Source of the DNA: a virus
Length of the DNA: 64,000 nt
IMG/VR virus record: IMGVR_UViG_3300023084_000003
Strand: one strand, 5' to 3'
The notes beneath the pieces were generated by a model. The model had not been told where the DNA came from. It made no database searches and was given only the letters and a program-made list of their open reading frames with translations. Both the position numbers and the translations under genes were made by a program. This document shows positions 47,463 to 56,050 of this stretch, one piece after another. Position 1 is the first letter of the stretch. Every line of letters starts with the position of its first letter.

Positions 47463-48658
47463 TTATATTCCTTTAAATATGGAGCCAACTCATATATGTC
47501 TTCGTTATTTTCTCGTGCTACTAAACAAAAATCAATCCATTCAATCATTCTTTTTCTTATTTCCGCAGGAGTTTTAAACGGATCTATTGTTGTTTCAACA
47601 CTCATTACATTGTTTAAATTACTTACATGCAGTTTATCACTTACCCAATATGTGTCTGATCTTTTAGTAAACTTAGATTCTAAATAATCAAATAGATTTT
47701 TCTTTCCTTCTTCCTGATGTTGTATTGTTAAGAAGTTAGGTGAACAATACTTTGGAAACGTTACAAGGTTCGCCATACTGATACGAGGAACACCTGGCAC
47801 ATCAATAAAATAATCAATGAGTTCTGGAAGATGCATCCAGTTATAAACCGAAACAGTGGATACTACGATAACATGCCTGCCTGCATATTTATGATATCGT
47901 TTAATGTTGTTTATTGTTTTTTGAAAATTGCCTCCTCGGATCCAATCATACATTTCATGCACACCGTCAATGCTTGCTTGGACATGAACTTCATCGATGC
48001 GATGTAGCAACTCAATTACATAATCAGTAACTAACTGAAAATTAGTGCAAATCTCAACACGGCACTTCGGATTCGTTTCAGCAAGCTTTTTAAGGATAAG
48101 AATATTATTTGGATCGGCAAACGGCTCGCCACCTTTAATCGTAAGATGCTGTAGATGTGGTACTAGATCTAATACCTTATCCACATCTTCTTTCGTCATC
48201 TTATACATTTCAGTATGAAACTTGTGGTTCTCATCTCGCCAAGTAAGGCCAGATTCTACAGCCATTTTCTCATATGGCGCCCATTTAGAACTATACTTAC
48301 CAGAGCAAGTAACACACATCTGGTTACAAATATTGCTCGTAGTAATTTCCAAAAATCGAATCGGAGTAATTGGCGCGTCTTTATCTTCTTCATATGTTGG
48401 AAAAATAAAGCGATTATAAGAATCGAAACGGGCTATACGACCAGCTTCCCAGTGTACCTTACACACGTTACATTGTTTTGGAAAGTTACCTTCTTTAAAA
48501 TCTTTACGAAGCTTATCATAAACTTCACCATTAAAGAACTCAGTAAGATCAGGAACGTCTTTAATATGAGATATAGCTGTGTTGTCCCCAGCACAACATA
48601 GAACTATTTCGCCAATAGGATTAATTGTTATTCCTGTTTCAGGCACCATGCATTTCAT
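47459..48658 (-). CDS. Radical SAM enzyme with N-terminal SPASM/Twitch-like domain
   Basis: CMVP..LCC..CNVC, then CNQMCVTC and KGGEPF. Confidence 0.88.
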   Translation of the reverse strand: MKCMVPETGITINPIGEIVLCCAGDNTAISHIKDVPDLTEFFNGEVYDKLRKDFKEGNFPKQCNVCKVHWEAGRIARFDSYNRFIFPTYEEDKDAPITPIRFLEITTSNICNQMCVTCSGKYSSKWAPYEKMAVESGLTWRDENHKFHTEMYKMTKEDVDKVLDLVPHLQHLTIKGGEPFADPNNILILKKLAETNPKCRVEICTNFQLVTDYVIELLHRIDEVHVQASIDGVHEMYDWIRGGNFQKTINNIKRYHKYAGRHVIVVSTVSVYNWMHLPELIDYFIDVPGVPRISMANLVTFPKYCSPNFLTIQHQEEGKKNLFDYLESKFTKRSDTYWVSDKLHVSNLNNVMSVETTIDPFKTPAEIRKRMIEWIDFCLVARENNEDIYELAPYLKEYK

Positions 48659-48675
48659 AATATAACTCTATAAGA

Positions 48676-49236
48676 TTATTTAATTAAACTGTCGATTATC
48701 GCCAAGCCTTCGGTAATTCTAGTTGATTTTCTAATTTTTGATTTAATGTCTTTATCAGCTTCTTTTACTACATCAAGTTCTAAAGCCCATAACTTAAACT
48801 TAAACAGCTCTTCTTTACTTTCATTATCTTGCCAAAGAATTTGAAAGAACCCAGTGTCAATCTCATTCTTTTTGATCTTAACTTGTTTGTCTAAATTGAG
48901 TAGAGTTGACTCTTTATCAGAAACTTTCTTTTCAAGTTCTTCTTTTTGATCTTGAAGAACCTTCAGACCTAGCATTTCACGAGCAAGTTCTTTCGCTGCG
49001 AGATTGATTTGTATGTTATGTGCTTTTGATTCTGCTTTTAATCTATCAACAGTATCATTCAAAATTTTATCGTGATCCCAACCTTCTTCCATCAATGCTT
49101 GATAGTCTGGATTGTTTTCATCATTTGGAAACGAATAAGGAAAAAGCTTTTCATCTTCCTCATATAGTACTTTAATAATAGTGCGCTCTGTGTTAGCATA
49201 CTGAGCACTCACTATTCTTCCGCTAAAATCTGCCAT
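48676..49236 (-). CDS. Hypothetical coiled-coil protein
   Basis: ORF in the late operon; EELFKFKLWALELDVVK. Confidence 0.55.
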   Translation of the reverse strand: MADFSGRIVSAQYANTERTIIKVLYEEDEKLFPYSFPNDENNPDYQALMEEGWDHDKILNDTVDRLKAESKAHNIQINLAAKELAREMLGLKVLQDQKEELEKKVSDKESTLLNLDKQVKIKKNEIDTGFFQILWQDNESKEELFKFKLWALELDVVKEADKDIKSKIRKSTRITEGLAIIDSLIK

Positions 49237-49247
49237 TTATTTACTCC

Positions 49248-51221
49248 TTATGCTGTGCCGGCGTATTGGAATTTATAATAACCGGTATCAATAATATTTG
49301 ATCCTGCAGCATCACTTGCAATTTCAATTTTATATGTTAGATACTGCCCAGTACCATATGATGTAAGGGTTCGAGAATCAGCAAACAAAAACTCAACAGA
49401 ATTGGCTGCTGTAGCACCTGGCTGTAATATATGCCACGTATTCATTGCATCGCCTTGTTGTGTTATGGTGCCAGTGCTTGTTCCACTATCAACTGTTCCA
49501 CGAACATAATAAGTACCAGCAAAATAGTTTGAGAAATTGATATCACTATTGGTTGCCGAATTCCTATAGTCTGACCAGTTTTGCATTGTTGTAGCAGACC
49601 AAGTCGTGCCGCCGCCATAGTCATTTCCGTGTTCAACTTTACCGGATATGTTAACCCCTGTAGCTAGTCTAAATCCATGTTTAGTTCCATGCGTTTGTTC
49701 GGCTGGGTTTGTTTTTGGAGTTCCTTGTGTACCTTCTAATCTTATATTATCGCCTTCTAATTGATTATGGTAGTAACCTGTTGAAACAATATTACTACCT
49801 CCGCTATCAGTTGCAATTTCAATTTTCCATCTATGGAATTTTGTATTATAAACGGGTGGGTTTGCAGTATCTGTAATATTCCAAGAACGTGATGTTGTAT
49901 TATCTAAAGTTAACCAAGTATTTAAGCTATCTCCTGAAGTTGTCAGACCGCTATTAGAGTCAATGGTTGCTCTAATATACCATGTTTGTGTTGGTCCAGA
50001 ATTAACCCAATCGGCGTGGTTATTAGCGCTATATTCAGGAGTTCTAGTAGAATCCCGATCTTCAACAGTAGCATCGCTGTTAAATCTCCATCCAAGTGTA
50101 ATGTTGTTAGTATCTTTTTGTGCATAACCATTAACGTGTTCAGTTGTTTCAGGCACTGATTGAGTCCCTTCAAGAGATGTGGTTTCAGCAGCTGAAGGTA
50201 TACCTTGATAAATCTTAAATGATTGGCTTTGTACAACCGTTGTGGTACCAGTTGGAAATTCTTGTGTACGATAATCGTTAGTGTTAACATAAAGCTGTTG
50301 ATAGTTACCACCGCCTCCAGCACTTCCGTCTGGAGTACGACGTTCGTCTATATACAGTGCACCATTTAGAACACCATCAGATCCGTCTACATTATATGAG
50401 AGTTGATACTGACCAGCAGAGTTTGAAGACAGATAGTATCTCAAAAATTTATTCATAAGAGTTGACCAAGACCCTGGAGTATGGGCATTGATTCTATTGT
50501 TTGCAAAATCCCAATATATTGGAAGTTGGTCATAAATTTCTGGATAGGAAGCTGCAGGATAATCTACTTTTGCTAGATAATAATTCGTATCGATAGTTTG
50601 TTCTACTGCTTCCGGAATACCTGAGGCTGTATAAGCTGCCGTATCTGATACTTTGTTTATTGCTATGGGTGTAGTACTGACAAGTGAAGCATTAGCTGGC
50701 GATGCTGACGTGGTAATGAAATACGTTCCGCCTTTTGCAGCAGTCTGTCCACCGCCACCAAACTGAGTTAAAACCGGAGCCACAAAAGTATCATAGAAGT
50801 CTGAAATTGTCATAGCTCGCAAGTGAGTATTGATATCTTCACCTTCTTCACCGTCTGGATTATACAAGTATAAAGGATACTCGTGATTATTTGCATCTCC
50901 AGAAGGCGCTGATACGGCATCTGTTACTTGACGAATACGTGAATAGTTCTCAGTAGTGAGTACAATATCTGCTGTTTCTGCTTCAGTTGCAAATCTATCA
51001 ACACGAGTACTATAAGCACCGGCTACATAAAATGTATCTACGAAAGGCTGTCCTGAAATGACTGAGCCGTTTGAGCCTTGTACTTCTAGTGATGGATTAG
51101 GATCTTGAGCAAAGGCATATCCTGCAAACTCATGAAGAGCTGTCATATATGTTGAATCGCCTTCTGCAATTTGGTTCGTACCTGATGCGTCTGATAAGAA
51201 AAGTGGTGATCTTACTGCCAT
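49248..51221 (-). CDS. Virion structural/fibre-like protein with duplicated C-terminal domain
   Basis: T/S/G-rich; WYIRATIDS..GDSLNTWL..KIEIATDSGGSNIVSTGYY repeats as YYVRGTVDS..GDAMNTWH..KIEIASDAAGSNIIDTGYY. Confidence 0.6.
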   Translation of the reverse strand: MAVRSPLFLSDASGTNQIAEGDSTYMTALHEFAGYAFAQDPNPSLEVQGSNGSVISGQPFVDTFYVAGAYSTRVDRFATEAETADIVLTTENYSRIRQVTDAVSAPSGDANNHEYPLYLYNPDGEEGEDINTHLRAMTISDFYDTFVAPVLTQFGGGGQTAAKGGTYFITTSASPANASLVSTTPIAINKVSDTAAYTASGIPEAVEQTIDTNYYLAKVDYPAASYPEIYDQLPIYWDFANNRINAHTPGSWSTLMNKFLRYYLSSNSAGQYQLSYNVDGSDGVLNGALYIDERRTPDGSAGGGGNYQQLYVNTNDYRTQEFPTGTTTVVQSQSFKIYQGIPSAAETTSLEGTQSVPETTEHVNGYAQKDTNNITLGWRFNSDATVEDRDSTRTPEYSANNHADWVNSGPTQTWYIRATIDSNSGLTTSGDSLNTWLTLDNTTSRSWNITDTANPPVYNTKFHRWKIEIATDSGGSNIVSTGYYHNQLEGDNIRLEGTQGTPKTNPAEQTHGTKHGFRLATGVNISGKVEHGNDYGGGTTWSATTMQNWSDYRNSATNSDINFSNYFAGTYYVRGTVDSGTSTGTITQQGDAMNTWHILQPGATAANSVEFLFADSRTLTSYGTGQYLTYKIEIASDAAGSNIIDTGYYKFQYAGTA

Positions 51222-51231
51222 AACAAAACTC

Positions 51232-51450
51232 CTATACTATTGCCTGGATACCAGGCGTAACAGCAAAGTACCAAGTTTTAGTTACACTACCAGAAGAATC
51301 ATAAATTTTAAGGGTATGATTCTGCATACGAATTCCCATTGCTATGGAAGATGCAGATGTTGCATCAGTGTTTGCAATATTTAATAAATGTCGGCTATCA
51401 TTAATAACCTCACCACTGAATGTGGTGTTCGCAGAAACTCTAAGTACCAT
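51232..51450 (-). CDS. Small fibre-associated protein (paralogue A)
   Basis: LLNIANTD..LKIYDSSG shared with the adjacent gene. Confidence 0.55.
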   Translation of the reverse strand: MVLRVSANTTFSGEVINDSRHLLNIANTDATSASSIAMGIRMQNHTLKIYDSSGSVTKTWYFAVTPGIQAIV

Positions 51451-51459
51451 GATCTACTC

Positions 51460-51651
51460 CTATGTTACAGCAGCAGCGTATAGCGTACGTACTTCTGTCC
51501 CGGTAGAATCATATATTCTTAGAACGTTATCTTGAATTGCCACCGCATAATTGATAGATCCGCGTGTTGTGAGATCTGTATTGGCGATGTTTTGTAGGAC
51601 AAGTGAATTTGTTATCACTGTCGTTGTGCTTACTTTAATTGCCATCTTCAA
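51460..51651 (-). CDS. Small fibre-associated protein (paralogue B)
   Basis: MAIKVSTTTVI..LQNIANTD..LRIYDSTG. Confidence 0.55.
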   Translation of the reverse strand: MKMAIKVSTTTVITNSLVLQNIANTDLTTRGSINYAVAIQDNVLRIYDSTGTEVRTLYAAAVT

Positions 51652-51671
51652 CTCCTTTGGGTTTCAGGCTA

Positions 51672-51869
51672 CTATCCACGGTCGTATCGGCGTAATCTCT
51701 CCTCTCGACCTATTCTCTTACCATAACCAAGATCTTTCATAATTCTCATACGCTCTTCTTCAGCGTAATTAGACCATTCAGAGATCTGTTCTTTCGTTCT
51801 ACCACAGCCTATGCAATAACCCTTAGAAGGATCAATATAACAGATAGACATGCATGGTGTTACGTACAT
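51672..51869 (-). CDS. DUF1289-family Fe-S/Zn-binding protein
   Basis: TPCMSICYID..YCIGCGRT..EW pattern. Confidence 0.8.
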   Translation of the reverse strand: MYVTPCMSICYIDPSKGYCIGCGRTKEQISEWSNYAEEERMRIMKDLGYGKRIGREERLRRYDRG

Positions 51870-51888
51870 TATCGACCTCTTTATTTTC

Positions 51889-51900
51889 TATTTATAAATA
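51889..51900. promoter_or_regulatory. Palindromic bidirectional late promoter
   Basis: TATTTATAAATA contains TATAAATA on both strands between divergent genes. Confidence 0.7.
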
Positions 51901-51952
51901 GTATTGTGAACTCTTCGGCATGAATTTGAACTTAATTATATAGGAGATTAAG

Positions 51953-52264
51953 ATGGCTGAAGACAACGGTTACCATCCAGCGGATACAAACGGCGACGGT
52001 GTTGTAGATGATATCGAACGCGAAATGTATCTTGAATTTAAAAGAAAAGAATTAGAAGACAAGGACGCACAGCGTGATGCAATGCGTGGGATGACTTGGT
52101 TTGCTTTATTCGGCATGCTACTTTATCCATTTGCAATTGTCTTAACATCATATTTTGGACTAGATACTGCAGCAGGAATCGTTGGTGATATTGCACCGAC
52201 ATATTTTGTTGCTATTTCTGCTTTGGTTGCAGCATTCTTTGGTGCTGACGCTATCCGTAAGTAG
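51953..52264 (+). CDS. Small two-TM membrane protein with N-terminal EF-hand loop
   Basis: DTNGDGVVDDIE fits the 12-residue EF-hand consensus; two hydrophobic helices follow. Confidence 0.7.
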   Translation: MAEDNGYHPADTNGDGVVDDIEREMYLEFKRKELEDKDAQRDAMRGMTWFALFGMLLYPFAIVLTSYFGLDTAAGIVGDIAPTYFVAISALVAAFFGADAIRK

Positions 52265-52272
52265 ATAAATCA

Positions 52273-52302
52273 AAAGGGAGGCCTTCCTAGGTGCCTCCCT
52301 TT
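52273..52302. terminator. Bidirectional intrinsic terminator
   Basis: AAAGGGAGGC/GCCTCCCTTT stem with T-rich tails on both strands. Confidence 0.8.
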
Positions 52303-52668
52303 CTATCTGTTTGTTTCGATGTACAGCACCCGGCTAGCTTTCCATTCGGTACTAGCGACTCACCGACCATCCAAAAGCTGCAGACTTATGGATGGATTTT
52401 TTTGGGTACGTTCGCGTAATTGCAGGCTTTCCCCGTGCGCCATAAGTAACGAGGACTGAGTTCTTACTGCCTGGTCGAGTTTTCCTCAGTCCTCGCTAAT
52501 TCTGGTTTTCACGTCACCGGTATTTCACGGGCGGTATATTCACCAGAATGTTCTTGCCCGACCTTGTTTACTCACGACGCGCAGGCTACGTCAGGCAATA
52601 TATCTCTTTAATCCATTTTTGCCACTTTAGCGGCTGAGGGTTTGGAACCTCTCAATATTGCCTTGATA
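52275..52668 (-). ncRNA. Putative ~390-nt structured non-coding RNA (unassigned family)
   Basis: No ORF of 60 aa or more; GC-richer than flanks; own promoter (52674-52701) and terminator; several perfect stems and pseudoknot-type pairings. Confidence 0.7.
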
Positions 52669-52673
52669 CTATT

Positions 52674-52701
52674 AATATATACTTTTTCTAGTAAATGTCA
52701 A
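52674..52701 (-). promoter_or_regulatory. Sigma70-type promoter driving the putative ncRNA
   Basis: GGGTTGACA-16-TATATT, same family as the other early promoters. Confidence 0.7.
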
Positions 52702-52721
52702 CCCTTTTATTGAATTTTTTT

Positions 52722-52922
52722 TCAAATTTCTTCTACCGTTACCTTATACAACTTACCGTTGAAGTCTTCCATAGTAATGGTTTTCTTCGTTGACAGCATG
52801 TAACCATCGATAGGATGCAAATCCATTTTTACTCTACCAACCTGAGTAATCTTATTTTCTGGTTTATCATTGTTGAAAGCGGTACTGATCACGTGTGCGA
52901 TATAGTCGCAATAAGCCAACAT
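52722..52922 (-). CDS. Conserved hypothetical protein
   Basis: MLAYCDYIA..VGRVKMDLHP..GKLYKVTVEEI. Confidence 0.6.
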   Translation of the reverse strand: MLAYCDYIAHVISTAFNNDKPENKITQVGRVKMDLHPIDGYMLSTKKTITMEDFNGKLYKVTVEEI

Positions 52923-52936
52923 AACAAAAATTCCTC

Positions 52937-53149
52937 TTAACGCATTGTAGCGTTATCTACATAGACTCCATCGTCGTTTTCGCCGACATAAACGCGGTTG
53001 ATATTTGAACCATATGCTATCTTATAAACCCACTCGCCACTGGCATTGCGGATATCGTCGGTAACACATACAGTAACGGGATCTCCATCCCAGCCTTGAT
53101 CTGCTAGGAGGGTGTTCATTTGTTCAACTGTAATATTTGCAGGATCCAT
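52937..53149 (-). CDS. Hypothetical early protein
   Basis: ORF coupled to the upstream gene. Confidence 0.5.
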   Translation of the reverse strand: MDPANITVEQMNTLLADQGWDGDPVTVCVTDDIRNASGEWVYKIAYGSNINRVYVGENDDGVYVDNATMR

Positions 53150-53362
53150 TTAAGCCTCTTTCATATATTCTACGATAAGTTGCAGATCTTCTTTGGAAAA
53201 ATCTGATTTACGAGTACCCCAAGTAGCGCCGAAGCGAGTAAGCTTGTCACCGACAACTGCAAGATGATTAGATTTTGCATCATCTTTTTCTGTGGCTGCA
53301 CAGTTCATCATGTAACGACCGATAACACCAAGCTTTTTCTGGTTAGGAGTAGTTTCCATCAT
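53150..53362 (-). CDS. Hypothetical early protein
   Basis: Likely start MMETTP after a GAGGA Shine-Dalgarno and the promoter at 53391-53419. Confidence 0.55.
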   Translation of the reverse strand: MMETTPNQKKLGVIGRYMMNCAATEKDDAKSNHLAVVGDKLTRFGATWGTRKSDFSKEDLQLIVEYMKEA

Positions 53363-53390
53363 ATTTATATTCCTCATTGATTGTAGAACT

Positions 53391-53419
53391 ATTATATCAA
53401 AGTTTGAAAGAGCTGTCAA
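53391..53419 (-). promoter_or_regulatory. Sigma70-type early promoter (perfect consensus)
   Basis: TTGACA-17-TATAAT. Confidence 0.8.
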
Positions 53420-53643
53420 CCCTTTTTTTGAAAAAACTTTACGAAATCTAAAAATAATTCGTAAGCTACTTCCTCAACATAGTCGATTGGAGTATGGCAC
53501 AACAAAGGCTCAGCTGCATATGCATCCAAAACGATTTGTTTGTAAGCAGGGAATGATGTAACGTTCTCATTCTCAGCTTGTTCATCGATCACACCTACGA
53601 TGCGTTCTTCCATTTCCATTACTAATTCTTTCATTTGACCCAT
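53416..53643 (-). CDS. Hypothetical early protein
   Basis: MGQMKELVMEMEE; AAGGAGA Shine-Dalgarno; promoter upstream. Confidence 0.55.
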   Translation of the reverse strand: MGQMKELVMEMEERIVGVIDEQAENENVTSFPAYKQIVLDAYAAEPLLCHTPIDYVEEVAYELFLDFVKFFQKKG

Positions 53644-53670
53644 ATTGGTCTCCTTTCATCTTATATTAAT

Positions 53671-53699
53671 AATATAGTACTTTCAGAATGCAATGTCAA
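53671..53699 (-). promoter_or_regulatory. Sigma70-type early promoter
   Basis: GTTGACA-17-TATATT. Confidence 0.75.
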
Positions 53700-53702
53700 C
53701 CC

Positions 53703-54134
53703 CTAAAGTGAAAAATTTAGTGTTTTTATGCATTTTAATGCAAGTTTTTCTTCCATTCTGAATGCTTGTAACTCCCAAGGTGCCTTAGAGTAAGGCGTTT
53801 TGCTGTGATCTTTGGTTTTCCACTTAGTTTTACCGTTAACGTCACGTAATTCTTTCTTAGCATACTGTTTTACGTGAATCATCTCATGAACGATAGTGGA
53901 TACTAGATCGTAAAATGGCAAACCTTTTTTGATTGTAAGCGTAAACTCACGACCTTTGAAGTCTTCATTCATACAATACCCATAAGCCTCGATTTTTCCA
54001 TCGAATTCTAAGGATATGTCAAGTGTACGAATACGAGGCATCATTTCTTTGATGCACCAGTCAACAACAAGGGCGGCAAGCTCGCGTTCCTTAGCTTTAC
54101 CGCCCCTAAAGTATACTTCGTTTGCCATATGCAT
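53703..54134 (-). CDS. SprT-like/zincin metalloprotease-domain protein
   Basis: HEMIHVKQY (HExxH)..PWELQA. Confidence 0.75.
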   Translation of the reverse strand: MHMANEVYFRGGKAKERELAALVVDWCIKEMMPRIRTLDISLEFDGKIEAYGYCMNEDFKGREFTLTIKKGLPFYDLVSTIVHEMIHVKQYAKKELRDVNGKTKWKTKDHSKTPYSKAPWELQAFRMEEKLALKCIKTLNFSL

Positions 54135-54155
54135 TTCCTTTCATTTGATATATCT

Positions 54156-54183
54156 ATTATATCACAGTGGAAAGTAATGTCAA
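54156..54183 (-). promoter_or_regulatory. Sigma70-type early promoter
   Basis: TTGACA-16-TATAAT with TG extension. Confidence 0.7.
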
Positions 54184-54218
54184 CAAGAACGTTTCTTTTG
54201 AAATCAATGGCTTAGAAA

Positions 54219-54701
54219 TTATTTTTTCTCGTTTGCCTCTTCAATGACCATTTTTTCGTACTCGGCACGATCTACAACACCTTCAGCAAGTAAACGTTCG
54301 CGGTTTGCCATATGCTGTGCTTGAACGTCTTCTTTAGATCCGCCAAAGTAAGCCACACAATGACCTTCTTCGATCATAATGTCAGTCACCAAACGACCAT
54401 CCGCTGCACGGAAATCACCAAGGATACGACCAAACTTACCCTTCATATCTTCGCCTGATTTATCTTCTGTGGTAATGAGTTTTGCGTCTTTTTCTAGCAG
54501 AGAATAGAGTCTATCCTTTGCTGCAAGACCAAAGAGTTTTTCTACTCTGTCTGAAGTTCTACTTTCAGGAGTGTCAATACCCATGATTCGAACTCTTTCG
54601 TCTTTAAGGCAGATACCGAAACCTAGATCAATGTCTACATCTACAGTATCACCATCAACTACTTTAATGACGTGAACGTCGTATTCATTTTGCGTTGCCA
54701 T
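54219..54701 (-). CDS. Staphylococcal nuclease (thermonuclease)-family protein
   Basis: KVVDGDTVDVDIDLGF..RIMGIDTPESRT..GKFGRILG; late promoter TATAAATA at 54753-54760. Confidence 0.9.
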   Translation of the reverse strand: MATQNEYDVHVIKVVDGDTVDVDIDLGFGICLKDERVRIMGIDTPESRTSDRVEKLFGLAAKDRLYSLLEKDAKLITTEDKSGEDMKGKFGRILGDFRAADGRLVTDIMIEEGHCVAYFGGSKEDVQAQHMANRERLLAEGVVDRAEYEKMVIEEANEKK

Positions 54702-54755
54702 GTGTTCCTCCACCTGAGCGTTATTGTTATCATGGTAAAGAAATCACAATAATAT

Positions 54756-55946
54756 TTATAGTTCTTTTAGTTGTGGATGCAGTTCATATATGTTTATGTT
54801 TCTTTTTAAATTCATAAACGAAGCAAACATGTGCATTCGACTGCGCCAATTGTTATAATCTTCTATGGTCGGTATGATCGGATCGTTACTCATAAATTCT
54901 TCATTTTTAATAAACATGTGCCTATGCAAATTATCTGGCCATTTCTTATAGTTATTTCGCCAATCTTCTAGTTCTTTAAAAGTTAGAATTCTTTGAGGTG
55001 CAGCGTATTTTGGTTCGTGAACCCATCCCATCTGTGTAAAGCTTACTTGAGTGTCGTTTACTCTTTGATTCCAGTAATCAAGCACTTCATTGTAGTTCCA
55101 CATATTAAAAATATTTAAGCGATGATTGATATTAATCCATCCAGTAATTCCAGATGATTTCCATCTTTCAATATTTTCTATTGTTTGCTCAAAAGGAGTA
55201 GATCTTACCCATTCGTATGTTTTACCAATACCATCCATTGAAACGGATATCTTTACTGGATTTGAAGCTTTAGATAGTAAGTCGATATATCGCTGTGGAA
55301 CCTTTGACATGTTTGTTGTCATATCAATCAAGCACTTATCATTTACTTTTACGAGTTCTTCTAAGATGTAATAGTTGTTATTGTCAGCGAAAGGCTCACC
55401 GCCTTTTACAACGATCTGTTCTAAGTTAGGAAGTATAGGTAAGATCTTTTCAATGTCTGAATCCGACATTCTGTATAACGAAGCACCAAAGTCATTGAAG
55501 CCTGGTTCACCGGGATTCTTCCAGGATTCTAAGTCAAGTGACATTTCAGTTGCTTCCTGCTCTAACCCAATCCATTTAGAACTATAATAACTTGAACATG
55601 TCACGCAGGTTTGATTGCATAGATTTGAAGTTGTAAATTCTAGAAAGCGTATCGTCTTATCTGTTGGAATACTCGCTCTACGAGATTCACCTTTTACATT
55701 TGCGTGAAACCATGAATTCTTCATGCCAAGTTTAGCGTTGTTTAAACAGTATCCACAAACTTTACTCACCAAAGGCTCTTTATCTTGACGCAGAGATTCA
55801 AGATCTGAATGGTTGCCCCATAATTCAGCAATATTATCTACATTACTAATATGGTTGAAAGACCAAGTTCTTTCTGCTGCACAGCATATAGAAAGATTAC
55901 CGTCTGGTTGAATTGTTAGTGAATTGTGAGGAGCAGTACAATACAT
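54756..55946 (-). CDS. Radical SAM enzyme with N-terminal SPASM/Twitch-like domain
   Basis: CTAP..ICC..CGYC, then CNQTCVTC and KGGEPF; paralogue of 45223-48658 genes. Confidence 0.88.
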   Translation of the reverse strand: MYCTAPHNSLTIQPDGNLSICCAAERTWSFNHISNVDNIAELWGNHSDLESLRQDKEPLVSKVCGYCLNNAKLGMKNSWFHANVKGESRRASIPTDKTIRFLEFTTSNLCNQTCVTCSSYYSSKWIGLEQEATEMSLDLESWKNPGEPGFNDFGASLYRMSDSDIEKILPILPNLEQIVVKGGEPFADNNNYYILEELVKVNDKCLIDMTTNMSKVPQRYIDLLSKASNPVKISVSMDGIGKTYEWVRSTPFEQTIENIERWKSSGITGWININHRLNIFNMWNYNEVLDYWNQRVNDTQVSFTQMGWVHEPKYAAPQRILTFKELEDWRNNYKKWPDNLHRHMFIKNEEFMSNDPIIPTIEDYNNWRSRMHMFASFMNLKRNINIYELHPQLKEL

Positions 55947-55966
55947 AGTAACCTTTTATTATCCTT

Positions 55967-56025
55967 TGTTACATTGTCAAAACTTTGACACTTTTTAACA
56001 TATGTCAAAATATGTTACATGTCAA
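55967..56025. repeat. Cluster of TGTCAA/TTGACA direct and inverted repeats
   Basis: TGTTACA(T)TGTCAA twice, TGTCAAA-AC-TTTGACA and AACATAT-6-ATATGTT inverted repeats. Confidence 0.55.
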
Positions 56026-56050
56026 TTCTATATTTATGGAGTTTAGTTTG

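Noticed and set aside
52450-52495. Hammerhead ribozyme suggested by CUGAGGA in the ncRNA
   Set aside because: No stem II followed by GAAA and no cleavage-site arrangement; the CUGAG is itself paired in the 11-bp stem
52275-52668. tmRNA, tRNA, RNase P or group I intron identity for the structured region
   Set aside because: No acceptor stem or CCA end, no tag frame ending in Ala-Ala, no RNase P P4 signature, no ordered P/Q/R/S elements, and no interrupted host gene
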